Part shown: positions 35,300 through 46,234 of the stretch, in pieces
How positions within the stretch are numbered: the stretch's first letter is position 1
Layout: each line of letters opens with the position of its first letter
Source of the DNA: Candidatus Doudnabacteria bacterium
Lineage (GTDB): Bacteria > Patescibacteriota > Doudnabacteria > UBA920
NCBI GenBank assembly: GCA_963837465.1
Contig: CAWINB010000001.1
Span: 437,646-501,645 of the forward strand
Direction: 5' to 3'
Length of the DNA: 64,000 nucleotides
Position numbers and translations under genes: made by a program
Notes under the pieces: model-generated
Told to the model about the DNA's origin: nothing
Databases searched by the model: none
The model's input: the letters and a program-made list of their open reading frames with translations, nothing else

Positions 35300-36850
35300 T
35301 TATTCTTGATTTGAAGCATAGGCATAGCCGGCTATTTCTTTGTCGCTTAAAATAATCAGCTTGTTTAAATTCAGTCCCAAACTATCAAGCACGCTTATGG
35401 ACGGAATGCCGCTTTTTTGGCCGCCTACTACCAGATAAACCGTAGGGTTATCCGGGGATTTAATCAGACTGCCATCGGGAACGGTAACCGGGTCAGGAGC
35501 CACGTCCCGCGAATTAAACAAGACAGAGGGAACGGTCTGGACCGAAACCCAATTGTAGCCGCGCGCCATAAAAACCTGGGCGCCGCTAAAAGGAACCAGC
35601 CAGCCGTTTTGAACCAGATAAACGGTGGGGTTGCCGCTGAACATCACCAGTTCGCCCTGGGAAAAATTGGGCAACGGAGCCGGAGGATTGGCGGCAGCGG
35701 TGCTTAAAGCTGGGGAAGTTGCTGTTAAATTAAAGGGCAAGGAATTACTGGTACCATTGCTGTTGATTACGGAAACGCCGTAGGCTCCGGGAGTAATTAA
35801 TGACGGGAATGAATTACAAGCGTTGCCGGCGGCGGGCGCGCAACCTTGGATTTGCCCGGGGACAGCGAATTGCAAAGTCATGCCATCGGGAGAGCTTAGG
35901 TTATTGATATAAGTATTCGGTCCGAACTGGACGGCATTACCGCTTTGCGTAAAACCCAAACCGCTTATAGTCAGCATCATGCCTATGAATCCGGAACTGG
36001 CGCTTAATTGGGTAATAACCGGCGTTGTGGCGGAAGCTACGGCTGAACCCGAAACAGGCAAGCTGGGCGAAGCCGTTAAATTAAACAGGCCAGCGCTGCT
36101 GCCTATCAGGCTGTTGCCATCCGGATTTACCACGCTGAGCAAATATTGCCCCGGCGGAATAATATTGCCCGCCGTGTCGGTATTAATATTCCAAGAGTAA
36201 GAGCCGGTATTGGGGATATTGGAGGCGATGGTATAAACGGTAGTTGTTGAAATACCGGAAGCAGAACAGGACGCGCTGTCGCAAGCCGGTACCAATAAAA
36301 GATTTACCGCGGGTGCCGCGGGCGCGGTGGATGAAGCCGTGGGCCAGCTTATGATTTTAGCGCTGCCTATGACCCAGGACTCTCCACCGTTAGGCGAAAT
36401 TATAGGCGAAGAACTCAGATAAGGGTTGGACGGAATAATATTAAATTGGCCGCTTGTGCCCTCGGCGCTGCTGTCGGCAAGGCCGACTTCCACGGTTACG
36501 GGGCCAGGATAAATTTCAGGCAAGGTAACCGGTACCGTCCACTCGTAACTGCCGGTGTTGGGAATGTTCTCGGCAATCACATAAGGCACCAAAGCGCCGG
36601 CGCCGCAACTGCTTGAACTGGCGCATGAGGAAACCGGGTTTAAAGTAATAAAAACTTTAGCCGGTTGCTGGTTTATGTAAACCGGAGAAGACAATGAACC
36701 GGAGGTCCAGGTAATATTTTGCGTACTGCCGGCTGTCCACAGCTGCCCCGAAGCAGGAGAATCCACCAGCAAGCTGGCTGCCTGGGCGCTGGAAGCAGCC
36801 CACAGGCTGCATCCGGAAAAAAGCAGGACGAGAAAAGTTTTGAGTTTCAT
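35300..36850 (-). CDS. Large secreted Ser/Thr/Gly-rich surface protein with a C-terminal NPTVYLV…SGIPS…SLGLNL domain; paralogue of 42343..43549
   Basis: Signal peptide; repeated IPNTGSY(E/S)W modules; shared C-terminal domain. Confidence 0.55.
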   Translation of the reverse strand: MKLKTFLVLLFSGCSLWAASSAQAASLLVDSPASGQLWTAGSTQNITWTSGSLSSPVYINQQPAKVFITLNPVSSCASSSSCGAGALVPYVIAENIPNTGSYEWTVPVTLPEIYPGPVTVEVGLADSSAEGTSGQFNIIPSNPYLSSSPIISPNGGESWVIGSAKIISWPTASSTAPAAPAVNLLLVPACDSASCSASGISTTTVYTIASNIPNTGSYSWNINTDTAGNIIPPGQYLLSVVNPDGNSLIGSSAGLFNLTASPSLPVSGSAVASATTPVITQLSASSGFIGMMLTISGLGFTQSGNAVQFGPNTYINNLSSPDGMTLQFAVPGQIQGCAPAAGNACNSFPSLITPGAYGVSVINSNGTSNSLPFNLTATSPALSTAAANPPAPLPNFSQGELVMFSGNPTVYLVQNGWLVPFSGAQVFMARGYNWVSVQTVPSVLFNSRDVAPDPVTVPDGSLIKSPDNPTVYLVVGGQKSGIPSISVLDSLGLNLNKLIILSDKEIAGYAYASNQE

Positions 36851-37123
36851 AAAATCAAATTTCCATCAGAACCTGTTTGAAAAATAATTTTTAAAACAGG
36901 TTTTAAGTTATTAAAGTTGTCTGTTATTATACGGGTATTTTCAATAAATGCGTTGCTCCTATTTATTATACGTACCTAAGACCATTTTACGTGCCTGGAA
37001 TTAATAACTCATTAAAATATTTTCATAAAATCGCAAGGTTTTAAAACTAGTGTTTGTTCACACGACAGCTAAAAAGACGCCTTCGCAGTGGCGTCTTTTT
37101 TACCGGAACCTATTTACTTGAAC

Positions 37124-37681
37124 CTACTTTACCGTTTCATAATAAAGCAAAACATTGCCGCTTTTAAACTGCTTTGAGTTTGACAGTTTCAGCTTTTGCC
37201 GCTGCCGCCAATCTTTAAACATCGGCTTGCCTTGGCCCAGGATAACAGGATTGACCATTAGCCGATATTCATCTATCAATCGCAGACCGGATAATTCGCC
37301 CACAATATTGCCGCTGCCGAATATAAACAAATCCTTACCGGGCTCCTGTTTCAATTTCTCAATATCCAATTTCCCAATACCTTGTGTTATTTTTGTGTTA
37401 TTCCATTCGGCTTTTCGCAGTGTTTTTGAAAAAACAATTTTGGGCGTATTGTTCATAAGTCCCGCCACAATCGGGTCGTTCTTAACAGCCCGCGCGCCCG
37501 ACCAATAACTTGCCATCAATTCATAAGTTACGCGGCCAAACATTAACGCGCCCACCTCTCCCAACTGCGCTATGGCGAAATCATTAAACTCCCCGTCCAC
37601 ATTATGCCAGCTTATGTCTCCATCCGCTCCGGCAAAAAATCCATCCACACTTATCATATTAAAGACAATTATTTTTCTCAT
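37124..37681 (-). CDS. RibD C-terminal / dihydrofolate-reductase-family protein
   Basis: MRKIIVFNMISVDGFF…GRVTYE…LFIFGSG; start taken at MRKII within the longer ORF-track ORF. Confidence 0.65.
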   Translation of the reverse strand: MRKIIVFNMISVDGFFAGADGDISWHNVDGEFNDFAIAQLGEVGALMFGRVTYELMASYWSGARAVKNDPIVAGLMNNTPKIVFSKTLRKAEWNNTKITQGIGKLDIEKLKQEPGKDLFIFGSGNIVGELSGLRLIDEYRLMVNPVILGQGKPMFKDWRQRQKLKLSNSKQFKSGNVLLYYETVK

Positions 37682-37829
37682 ATACGTTATCCCTAAAGCG
37701 TCATTTTTAAGATAGATTCTCTGACAAGTTATAATATAACACTGATCAACAGGGATTTCAAACAAAACAAAAACCATCCAGGGGTTTATCCACAGGATGG
37801 CTTTGTTTTTGTCATTTTGACAGAACCTG

Positions 37830-38291
37830 CTATTTTTCCACGTTCAGCGTCACCCGGGGCTTGCCGTCACAGCTGACAGTCAAGTTGCCCAGGACTTCTG
37901 GATAAAACACATCGTAGCCATAACCGGCTATGTCATAAGTCCGGGTATCGGCTTTAAAAACATGAGCGGCAGGGTCGCGGTTATCCAGCATTACGGGCGT
38001 GCCTTTTCTTACAGCGATGGTGGCAGGAGTACCCTGGCACTGGTCAAACTGGAAACGTTCGGGATAGGCTTTTAGGGCCGCTTCATAGGAAAGTTTTTGC
38101 GCGGGAACCGCGGCGCTGGCTGGAGTGGAAGTTGGGGTTGTTGTGGCGACAGCGGCGCCACCGGAGCTGCCCGATTGCGCAGCTTGCTGGGCGTTATTCT
38201 GGCTGTTTTTATCGCTCAGAGCATAAATACCCCAAATGATAAGGGCCAGCGCTGCTACGCCAACGGCGGCGTAAGTGTATTTTTTATTCAT
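37830..38291 (-). CDS. Membrane-anchored QFDQC-domain protein (paralogue of 34752..35234)
   Basis: Shares YPERFQFDQC…MLDNRDPAAH…GYGY…CDG…RVTLNVE with its paralogue. Confidence 0.5.
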   Translation of the reverse strand: MNKKYTYAAVGVAALALIIWGIYALSDKNSQNNAQQAAQSGSSGGAAVATTTPTSTPASAAVPAQKLSYEAALKAYPERFQFDQCQGTPATIAVRKGTPVMLDNRDPAAHVFKADTRTYDIAGYGYDVFYPEVLGNLTVSCDGKPRVTLNVEK

Positions 38292-38545
38292 AAAATCAAA
38301 ATTAGTTTAGAAGCTGTTTAATTAAGTCTTTCTTTCTCAAAATATCTGACCCGGCAAAAAAACCGCTATTCGGCATTTTTGCGATTCTTTCCCTGTCGTA
38401 CCATCGATAAACCTCCCCGAAGAAAAGTAATACCTATACCCGCGGCACGCAGCATTAACTTATTAATGGCTTCTACTGGATAAGAAAGCCAATATTTTAA
38501 GTCTACAGCAGTTGGCGACTAAAGACCAGCGCGGATCCATATTAA

Positions 38546-38575
38546 TTAAGCCACCCATATAAATGGGTGGCTTAA
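38546..38575. terminator. Perfect 12-13-bp stem hairpin ttaagccaccca-tataaa-tgggtggcttaa, downstream of the lipoprotein gene on the minus strand
   Basis: Read directly; core cccatataaatggg resembles the family A hairpin core. Confidence 0.4.
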
Positions 38576-38628
38576 TTGGCTTTGATTTTAAATAAGGCCT
38601 GCTTCTGAATTTTTTTTAGTATCATGCT

Positions 38629-39153
38629 TTATTGGCCGCTTGGCGGCATATTTGGACCTCCGCGATTATATGTACCGCCAGAACCACGACCGCCGGTAAA
38701 GGTCGGGTTAATTTGCATGCTGGTAACGGTAATACTGCCATCGCTGTTTACAGTTCCGGCTCCGGCCACGCGGGTGCCGCTAACCAAAGCAATCTGGGAG
38801 CCGCCTGTAAACTGGGTGCTGCCGGTAACATTAAGAACGGTGGAAACTGTAGTGCTGCTGTTGCGGCTGTGGCCGCTAATGGTAATCTGGGAACCCGAAA
38901 CCGAAGTAATAGCGCCAAAAAAAGCCTTGGAGCCTGGCGGCAGGTTTCTCATGCCAAAACTTCCGCGGGTGGACGAAGCGGTGCTGCTGGCTGACATCCC
39001 GGGCATATTGGCCATATTCTGGGAAGGTTGAGTTTGGGTTACCGCGGGTGTTTGGGCGCTGCTTTGGCTGCTTGCCTGCTGGCTGCCGCATCCGGCGGCC
39101 AACAAAGCAATTGAGGACACGAGAACCAAACCTTTGATATTTTTTGTCATCAT
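38629..39153 (-). CDS. Lipoprotein (LAAGC lipobox), Ser/Thr/Gly-rich
   Basis: Signal peptide with lipobox. Confidence 0.55.
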   Translation of the reverse strand: MMTKNIKGLVLVSSIALLAAGCGSQQASSQSSAQTPAVTQTQPSQNMANMPGMSASSTASSTRGSFGMRNLPPGSKAFFGAITSVSGSQITISGHSRNSSTTVSTVLNVTGSTQFTGGSQIALVSGTRVAGAGTVNSDGSITVTSMQINPTFTGGRGSGGTYNRGGPNMPPSGQ

Positions 39154-39402
39154 GAAATTGATTTTTTAAGAACCTATTTTAATTTAAAAATACTTCGGGC
39201 TGCGATTTATTTTTCAAATAGGTTTAAATAATTATAAAAAAATCCGCGTCCGCATATATTAAAATACGATGAATATTTTATTTTGGGTGCATTGCCTCCG
39301 TTATTGTCAGGACTTACGCTTTTGACAATATTACCCTGGGTATTGTCCAATCAGCTTTTAAAAAAGCCGTAATTTAGACCCCGAAAGCGTAAGTCCTGAT
39401 TA

Positions 39403-41112
39403 TTATGCGGATGCTTTATTGGCCGCAGATTTAGCTTCTGTATCCTGATCCTGGCCCGAAGGCAGCTGGGTTGAAACCAAAAGACCCAACAGGATAAAAA
39501 TAATTCCGTACTCCAGCGCTGTTTTGTTGCCATCCACGGTCGCCTGATAGCTGATAATCGTAACTTCATTGGCTACAGACTGCGGTACCTGGCTGCCAAA
39601 GTTGGCACCTTCGCCAAACTCAATGTTTGAGGATTGGGCGGCGGCGGCCCGGGTGACGGAAGGTTTAAGCGCGACCGGTATGGTTGGGCTGTTTTGAATG
39701 CCTGAGCTGATGTTGGTGGCCAGCGAAGACAGCAAAATAGCCCCAAGCACTGCCGAACCAAGCGTTTGGCCCAGCGATCTTACGGTATTGGTTACGCCGG
39801 AAGCTTCTCCGGACTGTTCAACGGAAACCGCCGATAAAGTCAGGTTGCTGGCCTGGGCAAACATAAAGCCCAAACCCAGGCCGAACAGAGCAAACCCCGG
39901 AGCCATAGCCCACTGGCTGGCGCCCACGCGCAAACTTTGCCTCAGCAAAATAAAACCAACCGCGTCTAAAATAATACCTATCTGGATAATATGTTTTGGC
40001 GATACGTACTTGCTCAACCAGGCGGAAAAAGGCGCGCCGATTAAAATCACAGCCGTCATGGGTATCATGGCGACTCCTGTCTGGATTGGATTTAATTTCA
40101 ACACGGACTGCAAATATACCGGAATGGAAAAACTCAGGCCCGCCTGGCCCATGGCCAAAATTGACGAAACGCCGGTGCCCGTAATAAAAGTTTTGTTCCT
40201 AAAAAGTCTGGTTGATACCAGCGGGGTCTTGCCGGTTTTTTCCACGTGGCTCTCCCAGACAAAAAATATCCCTAAAATTATCGCGCCCAACACAATAAAC
40301 AAAGGCGTGGCGGATATGCCGCCGAGGCTAACGGCGTGGTTAAAAATAGTTAACGGGGCCGCGGGGCGCCACCAGCCGTAGACCGACGCCTGGATAAAGC
40401 CAAAAACCATGGACAGCATTCCCAAGGCTGAAAGGATTATGCCGACAAAATCTATGGTCGGATTTTCTTCCTTGTCCCGGTATTCCTTGATGAATACCGA
40501 GGCGACAACCAATACCGCGGCCACAAAGACATTAACCCGAAAAGCCCAGCGCCAGCTGTAGTTGGTGGTAAACCAACCGCCAATAACCGGACCCAACGCC
40601 GCGGCACCGGCCACGATGCCGCCCCAAATGCCAAACGCCACCTGCATATCGCGCCCTTTGTAATTTGAACGCAACAGCGATAATGTGGCCGGCAACATCA
40701 AACAAGCGCCTATGCCTTCTACAATAGCTTCCCCTAAAATCATAAAACCCACGCCGCGGGCTATGGATGTCATAAAAGACCCTACGGCAAAAATAATGGC
40801 GCCCAGAATGAACATTTTTTTGCGCCCGAACAAATCGCCCAGGCGGCCGCCGGTAATGGTAAAAGCGGCAAGCATAAGCGAGTAGGCGGTTATAACCCAC
40901 TGAATTTTCTGCAGCGTCGTGTGAAGATCCACTATTATGGTCCGCAAAGTCACGTTTAAAATAGTCGTATCCAGAATAATAATCATTAAAGCCAGGCTCA
41001 TGGCCAAAAGCGGCAGCCACTTCATAAAACCCCTGGCTTCCGGCTCACTACTGCCTTCCGCTTGCGCTTTAGACGCTGGTTCGGCTTTAAGTATGTTGCT
41101 ATCAATGTTCAT
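39403..41112 (-). CDS. MFS transporter, DHA2 (EmrB/QacA-type 14-TMS drug:H+ antiporter) family
   Basis: MFS motif A GRLGDLFGRK, 14 predicted helices. Confidence 0.8.
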   Translation of the reverse strand: MNIDSNILKAEPASKAQAEGSSEPEARGFMKWLPLLAMSLALMIIILDTTILNVTLRTIIVDLHTTLQKIQWVITAYSLMLAAFTITGGRLGDLFGRKKMFILGAIIFAVGSFMTSIARGVGFMILGEAIVEGIGACLMLPATLSLLRSNYKGRDMQVAFGIWGGIVAGAAALGPVIGGWFTTNYSWRWAFRVNVFVAAVLVVASVFIKEYRDKEENPTIDFVGIILSALGMLSMVFGFIQASVYGWWRPAAPLTIFNHAVSLGGISATPLFIVLGAIILGIFFVWESHVEKTGKTPLVSTRLFRNKTFITGTGVSSILAMGQAGLSFSIPVYLQSVLKLNPIQTGVAMIPMTAVILIGAPFSAWLSKYVSPKHIIQIGIILDAVGFILLRQSLRVGASQWAMAPGFALFGLGLGFMFAQASNLTLSAVSVEQSGEASGVTNTVRSLGQTLGSAVLGAILLSSLATNISSGIQNSPTIPVALKPSVTRAAAAQSSNIEFGEGANFGSQVPQSVANEVTIISYQATVDGNKTALEYGIIFILLGLLVSTQLPSGQDQDTEAKSAANKASA

Positions 41113-41121
41113 AAAGGATTT

Positions 41122-41562
41122 TTACAATGGATTCTCGGGGAAATTATTGTTTAGTTCCCGCAGTAAACTTAGCAACCGTGTTTGCTTCACCGGTCCCAGC
41201 TTTTTAAAGGCTTTGTTTAACGCGTCATTTTTATCATCAAATGGAATTGTTTTTAGCAGCTGCCGGCCTTTGTTTGTAATAATCAATTGGATTTTCCTGC
41301 GATCCAGCCTGTCCGCCCCGCGTTTTAACAGGCCTCCGGTTTCCAGTACGTCTACGGCCGGAACCAGCGAAGGCGCTTTAAAGTTAAAGCGGCGCGCGAT
41401 GTCATTTATGGTAAGAGGATTGCTTTTGGTCATGGCCAAAACGCCGTACTGAAGCGGCGTGATGCCGATTTTGGCCCTGGTAAACCTCCTGTCCAAATCC
41501 GCCTTGGAGAGTTTTATAAGGTTATAGAGCAGTTTTTTCAGTGGATTGTCTTCAAATTGCAT
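41122..41562 (-). CDS. MarR-family transcriptional regulator
   Basis: Winged HTH …DRLDRRKIQL…. Confidence 0.75.
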   Translation of the reverse strand: MQFEDNPLKKLLYNLIKLSKADLDRRFTRAKIGITPLQYGVLAMTKSNPLTINDIARRFNFKAPSLVPAVDVLETGGLLKRGADRLDRRKIQLIITNKGRQLLKTIPFDDKNDALNKAFKKLGPVKQTRLLSLLRELNNNFPENPL

Positions 41563-41933
41563 AATAAAATATAGTTAGTTACCTAATAATAAGGCAACTA
41601 AATATATTTGTCAATAGCTTATTATGACGCCTTTAATTTACGGGTGAATAAAAATCGCCGCCGGCCCCGGCGACTTTTGGCAAGTAACCGCGACGATAAA
41701 AATTCAGCCGGCAAATCACCCTGAACAAACCAAGCTGAAAAAAAGATTAAAAATTTCTTTAAGATTATTTTCAGCTTCGGCATGATAAAATTTAATACCT
41801 ACGCAAAAATAAAGTTGTCGGTTATAAATAAGCCATTGCTGTTAACCTTTCCGAAGTTCCGAAGCCGAAAAAAAAAGAGCCGAAGTTTTTAGAGAACCGC
41901 GATAAAAATTAATCAAGGAAGAAGGTGATTAAT

Positions 41934-42179
41934 ATGAGTAAACTAGGTTTATTTTTAAACTCTTTATTTTATTCCAATAATCTTGCTTCATTTCCGGAAA
42001 AAAATATAAACCCGCTCCTCTACAAACAGCTCTATGTGGCAGGCATAAAAGGGCTGGGCGGAATCGGCAAGTATGAGTTTCCGCGTGGTTTGGGCATGGC
42101 CCTGAAGGGAAAACAGAACCAGATGGCGCGGCGCGGGAAGCCGTCACGCAAACTCTTCAGAATTACCGCTTTTGTTTAG
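41934..42179 (+). CDS. Small basic hypothetical protein (81 aa) whose stop lies in the MITE R4 target duplication
   Basis: ATG with AAGGAAGAAGGTGA RBS; TAG stop at the MITE junction. Confidence 0.35.
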   Translation: MSKLGLFLNSLFYSNNLASFPEKNINPLLYKQLYVAGIKGLGGIGKYEFPRGLGMALKGKQNQMARRGKPSRKLFRITAFV

Positions 42180-42251
42180 AGCCTGTTTAAAAATTCATTT
42201 TGGCCGCAATTTCAGGAATCCGCCCGCAAAAGCAATTTATTAAACAGGCTC
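42179..42251. mobile_element. MITE family 1, internally deleted copy R4 (73 bp; TIR GAGCCTGTTTAAAAA; TTA/TTA duplication)
   Basis: The ends and part of the interior match R1-R3. Confidence 0.65.
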
Positions 42252-42342
42252 TTAGAATCTATGATCAATAATTAAACCAAGGGTCCGGGATTTTCTTCCA
42301 AACTGTGTGGATAAAATTTCCAAAACCCGGAAACAATAACCA

Positions 42343-43549
42343 TATGAAAATAAAACAAATTTTGCTGGCGGCTTCGATCATGCTTGTGACATTGACGATT
42401 AAAGCCCAGGCCAGCTCCACTTCATTAACGGTAACCACGCCCACAGCGGGGGTCGGCCAAACCTGGACCGCCGGCAGCAGCCAAAATATTGAATGGACAA
42501 CTCCCTATACGGGCAGCGGCTCCACCGCGACCATCTCACTGATCCCCTATTCCACTTCCTACTGCTCAACCTCCGGCGACACCACAACTTGTTCCGACTC
42601 GTCCCCTTACATTATTGCTTCCAATGTACCGAACAACGGGTATTACACCAGCAACATTGCCGACGATATTTACGGCAACCCCATCCCCGCCGGCCAATAC
42701 CTGGTAAATGTTTATGACAATAATAATCTTGGCATCCCTACTGCCGGCAACAGCTCGGAAATTATTACTATTCCGCCAACCAGTTCAACCCCGGGTAATT
42801 TTCAGCTAACCCCAAACTCCGGACCGCCGGGAACAATTGTCACAATCACCGGCAGCGGCTTTGCTTCCACCATCAATCCCAGCATACAATTTGGAAACGG
42901 CTCTTATATAATGACTACCGGCAGCCCAAGCGGCGGCTATTTGCAGTTTACGGTTCCGGCTTATAGCCAGCCCTGTTCTTCCGTTTCCTATCCCGCGACA
43001 GGCACGGATACGGCTACGACAACCACCGCATTGGGTACATGCGATATTGTCTCCGCCAGCTTAACCCCCGGAACTTACAACGTGACCGTGGCCGGCACCA
43101 ACGGCGGCAGCTACGTTTTGCCTTTCACCATAACATCCGGCTCACCCGCTTCGCCCAGCGGGCTGCAATACGTATCCCCTGGTTTTTCCAACGGCAGCCT
43201 GATCCAGGTCAGCGGCAGTCCGACAGTCTATTTGGTCAGCAACGGCGAATTTGTGCCGTTTACTTCGGCCTCGGAGTTCCTCGGCCAGGGTTATCAATGG
43301 TCGCAAATCCAAACAGTCCCGCAAAACCAGTTTAATCCGGAACTGTTAAGCGCCACGCCGGTTGGGGCCAATAACGGAGCAATAATAAAAACCGCGGATA
43401 ATCCCACCATCTACTTAATTACAAACGGCGAAAAAAGCGGCATACCGTCTATGGCAATCTTTAACAGTCTGGGGTTAAACCTGGCCAACTTAATGATAGT
43501 CAGCGACCAGGAACTGCAAAACTACCCCAGCGCTCCAAACCAAATGTAA
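42343..43549 (+). CDS. Secreted Ser/Thr-rich surface protein (paralogue of 35300..36850)
   Basis: Signal peptide MKIKQILLAASIMLV; shared C-terminal domain …DNPTIYLITNGEKSGIPSMAIFNSLGLNL…. Confidence 0.55.
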
Positions 43550-43657
43550 TAATCGGAGCTGCCAGAACCCGTTTGAAAAACAGGGGACAAATTTACGGAA
43601 ACGGGTAAACAGTGGCAAAACCAGCCAACCCTTGCCGTGCTTTGCGCTCTTTAAAAA

Positions 43658-43888
43658 TTATTCTAAAAAATAAGTCCTTAAATGTTTTCTGAAAAATGGC
43701 CTCAGCCAATCCAAAACCAGCAGCAGATGAACTCCCGCCAAAACGTAAGCGGCGACAGTAAAAAATTTGGCCGGTAAATTTATACGCGGCCAAAGCTTAA
43801 GATAATAGGAAATAAAACCGACAGCCAATATCGCGACAAATCCCGCGTGAAGGGCGATAATACCGCCGATGAGCCATAAATAGACCAT
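43658..43888 (-). CDS. Small two-helix membrane protein
   Basis: Hydrophobic profile. Confidence 0.35.
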   Translation of the reverse strand: MVYLWLIGGIIALHAGFVAILAVGFISYYLKLWPRINLPAKFFTVAAYVLAGVHLLLVLDWLRPFFRKHLRTYFLE

Positions 43889-43900
43889 AACGAAAACCTG

Positions 43901-44626
43901 TCAAAAATTTTTTGCCCCGCTTAACTGTTGGTATCGGTAAAACTTTGGCACTATCTCAAAAGTTAAGATGAAAGCAAAAATTACCGCGAACCCGCACATA
44001 ACAGAGGCCACGGCCACCCGCGCGGGAGCGTACAGGGTGTAGACGATTACGAGCGGCAACATAAAAGAAAGATAGCCGATAACTACCCATTTGAGGATAT
44101 TTTGGAACATTTTGCCGGGAGTTTTATGCTGGGCCGATAAAGCTTGCCAGATGCTCAAAATCAGAAAGCCGAAATAGTAGGCGCCAAAAAATTCATAAAG
44201 AGCGGAGGGTCCGGTAAAAATCACATAATTGCCTCCGCAGAATGAACTTACGTCATTGCGTGGCGCGAAAATAAAATAAAGCGCGAAAATTACGGCCAGG
44301 GCCGACCCGAGCGGCAAAAAATGTTTTTGTTTGGTGATAAGGCTTATAAGCCTAAAGCCCAGCACCGGCAAAAGAGTGATGGCCACCAAACCGAACCTGG
44401 ACCAGCTTTGCGCGCTGTGGTTGCCGCAAACCTGGTATTCGGAAATCTGGAAAGCCGCCAAAAGCAGCAAAATGCCAACGGCGATTTTTCCGAACTCATT
44501 CTTGCGGTAGCGCAGCAGCGTCCAAAACGCCAGAGCCGATTCAATAATAACCGTGGCCAGCATTACCGGCGGCGAAAAACAAAACAGCACGGTGCCGGTT
44601 TTTCTCTGTTTTGGCAAAAAATTCAT
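43901..44626 (-). CDS. Integral membrane protein of unknown function
   Basis: About 7 predicted helices; start taken at MNFLPKQ. Confidence 0.45.
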   Translation of the reverse strand: MNFLPKQRKTGTVLFCFSPPVMLATVIIESALAFWTLLRYRKNEFGKIAVGILLLLAAFQISEYQVCGNHSAQSWSRFGLVAITLLPVLGFRLISLITKQKHFLPLGSALAVIFALYFIFAPRNDVSSFCGGNYVIFTGPSALYEFFGAYYFGFLILSIWQALSAQHKTPGKMFQNILKWVVIGYLSFMLPLVIVYTLYAPARVAVASVMCGFAVIFAFILTFEIVPKFYRYQQLSGAKNF

Positions 44627-44700
44627 ATTAATATTGTAACATTTTCGCATAACGCGCGGTAGCTAAAACCCGGAGTATTTGTTATTATCATCTCATTAAG

Positions 44701-45123
44701 ATGATAATAACAGCAAGTATGGGCAACAATCAAACAAAACCGCGGCCGGTAAACTGGGCCCATGCGGTTATAGGCTTATTGGCTGCGGCGCTTTTGGTTG
44801 TGGTAGTTTGGTTTGGTTTGGATATTCACAGCCTCTACAGACAAGGGGTTATTAGCCACGCGGAGTCACGCGTACACAGAAGGCCCGGCGGCATCCAGCC
44901 GCTGACTCCGGGAGATATCCGCGGCTGGATGACTTTCCGCTATATAGAGTTCGCTTTCCGGTTACCGCCAAACTACCTCGCGACCAAACTGAATATTTCG
45001 ACTTCCAATTACCTGGATATAACACTTAACGCCTACGCCGGCGCGCGCAAGCTGAACGCAGCGGCTTTTACGCTGTCAGTCACGCGAGCGGTGGTAAATT
45101 ACCAGGACGGGAACAACCCATGA
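44701..45123 (+). CDS. Membrane-anchored hypothetical protein
   Basis: Single N-terminal TM helix. Confidence 0.4.
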   Translation: MIITASMGNNQTKPRPVNWAHAVIGLLAAALLVVVVWFGLDIHSLYRQGVISHAESRVHRRPGGIQPLTPGDIRGWMTFRYIEFAFRLPPNYLATKLNISTSNYLDITLNAYAGARKLNAAAFTLSVTRAVVNYQDGNNP

Positions 45124-45725
45124 GCGCGGTACTCCAGGCAATTGTCAGCTACATCCTGGTTTACCGCTACCTTGCTTTGTTTGTGGTTTCCTTTCTCTCA
45201 AGCCTGGGCATACCTTTACCGGCCGCGGCCAGCGCCGTGGCAGCTTCGGCTTTTGCCAGCCAGGGATATTTGAGCCTGTTTTGGCTGGTACTTTTTGGCG
45301 CGCTTGGGAACATTTTGGGAGATCTGACTATGTATTGGCTCATGCGCCGCTACGGAATAAAGTTATTGTTGCGGCTCCATTTGCGCAAACTGGCCGAATC
45401 CCCGCTTTCGCAAAACGTGGAAGCAACGGTGGAAAAGTATAAGGCGTCGGTCCTTATCAGCAGCCGCTTCCAGGACCAGGCCACTACTTTAGTCAATATC
45501 ATTTCGGGTTTGGGCAAAATGGACCTTAAACGCTTTGCTGTATATGTCTCCATTGGAGATTTTGCCCAGATTATATTTTATGTCGCTGTTGGATTTTTGT
45601 TCGCGGACGACTGGCAGTCGGTGTACGGGGCTGTCGGAAAATTCGGCTGGATTGTGGCCCTGGTTCTGGCCATAGCCGTTATAACCATTTCAACCCAAAC
45701 CATTAAAAAAGTGTTTAAAAAATAA
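45120..45725 (+). CDS. DedA / VTT-domain membrane protein
   Basis: …LGNILGDLTMYWLMRRYG… typical DedA core; start overlaps the upstream stop. Confidence 0.6.
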   Translation: MSAVLQAIVSYILVYRYLALFVVSFLSSLGIPLPAAASAVAASAFASQGYLSLFWLVLFGALGNILGDLTMYWLMRRYGIKLLLRLHLRKLAESPLSQNVEATVEKYKASVLISSRFQDQATTLVNIISGLGKMDLKRFAVYVSIGDFAQIIFYVAVGFLFADDWQSVYGAVGKFGWIVALVLAIAVITISTQTIKKVFKK

Positions 45726-45807
45726 TTTGGAATAAACCCGAATTCTATTTATAATATATACGGATTCTATAAAATCAACATCAATACCGCGGATAAAATA
45801 AAAATTT

Positions 45808-46230
45808 ATGGTCGTGATCCCAACTCCAACAATATCGCCTCAAATTCCGACGCCGCCTGTGGCAGCTGCCACAGGCGCCATTTGCCCCTTTTGCCACCAG
45901 CCGGTTCTGGCCCAGTACTATTTTTGCCCCAACTGCGGCAAGAAGCTGGAGGACGGGCCGCTGTCCACATCCTTCTGGTCGCGACTTTGGCTTTACACTT
46001 TTAGCCTGATTATCATGCCCCTGACCTGCTATCTTGTTTACGCCCGCTGGCAGGGAATAAAATATTTTAAATCCAAAGACCCCAAGGCCCACCGCATGGG
46101 GCTTGTGGCTATTGCCCTGCTTATAATTTCAATAGTTTTTCTGGTTTGGTCAACCTGGCAGGGAACGATATGGCTGGAACAGTATGCCCAAACCCAGGTA
46201 AACAGCGCGGCCAGCCTGGGAGGGTTATAA
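45808..46230 (+). CDS. Zinc-ribbon (CPFC…CPNC) plus transmembrane protein
   Basis: CxxC…CxxC followed by two hydrophobic helices. Confidence 0.45.
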   Translation: MVVIPTPTISPQIPTPPVAAATGAICPFCHQPVLAQYYFCPNCGKKLEDGPLSTSFWSRLWLYTFSLIIMPLTCYLVYARWQGIKYFKSKDPKAHRMGLVAIALLIISIVFLVWSTWQGTIWLEQYAQTQVNSAASLGGL

Positions 46231-46234
46231 TTTT

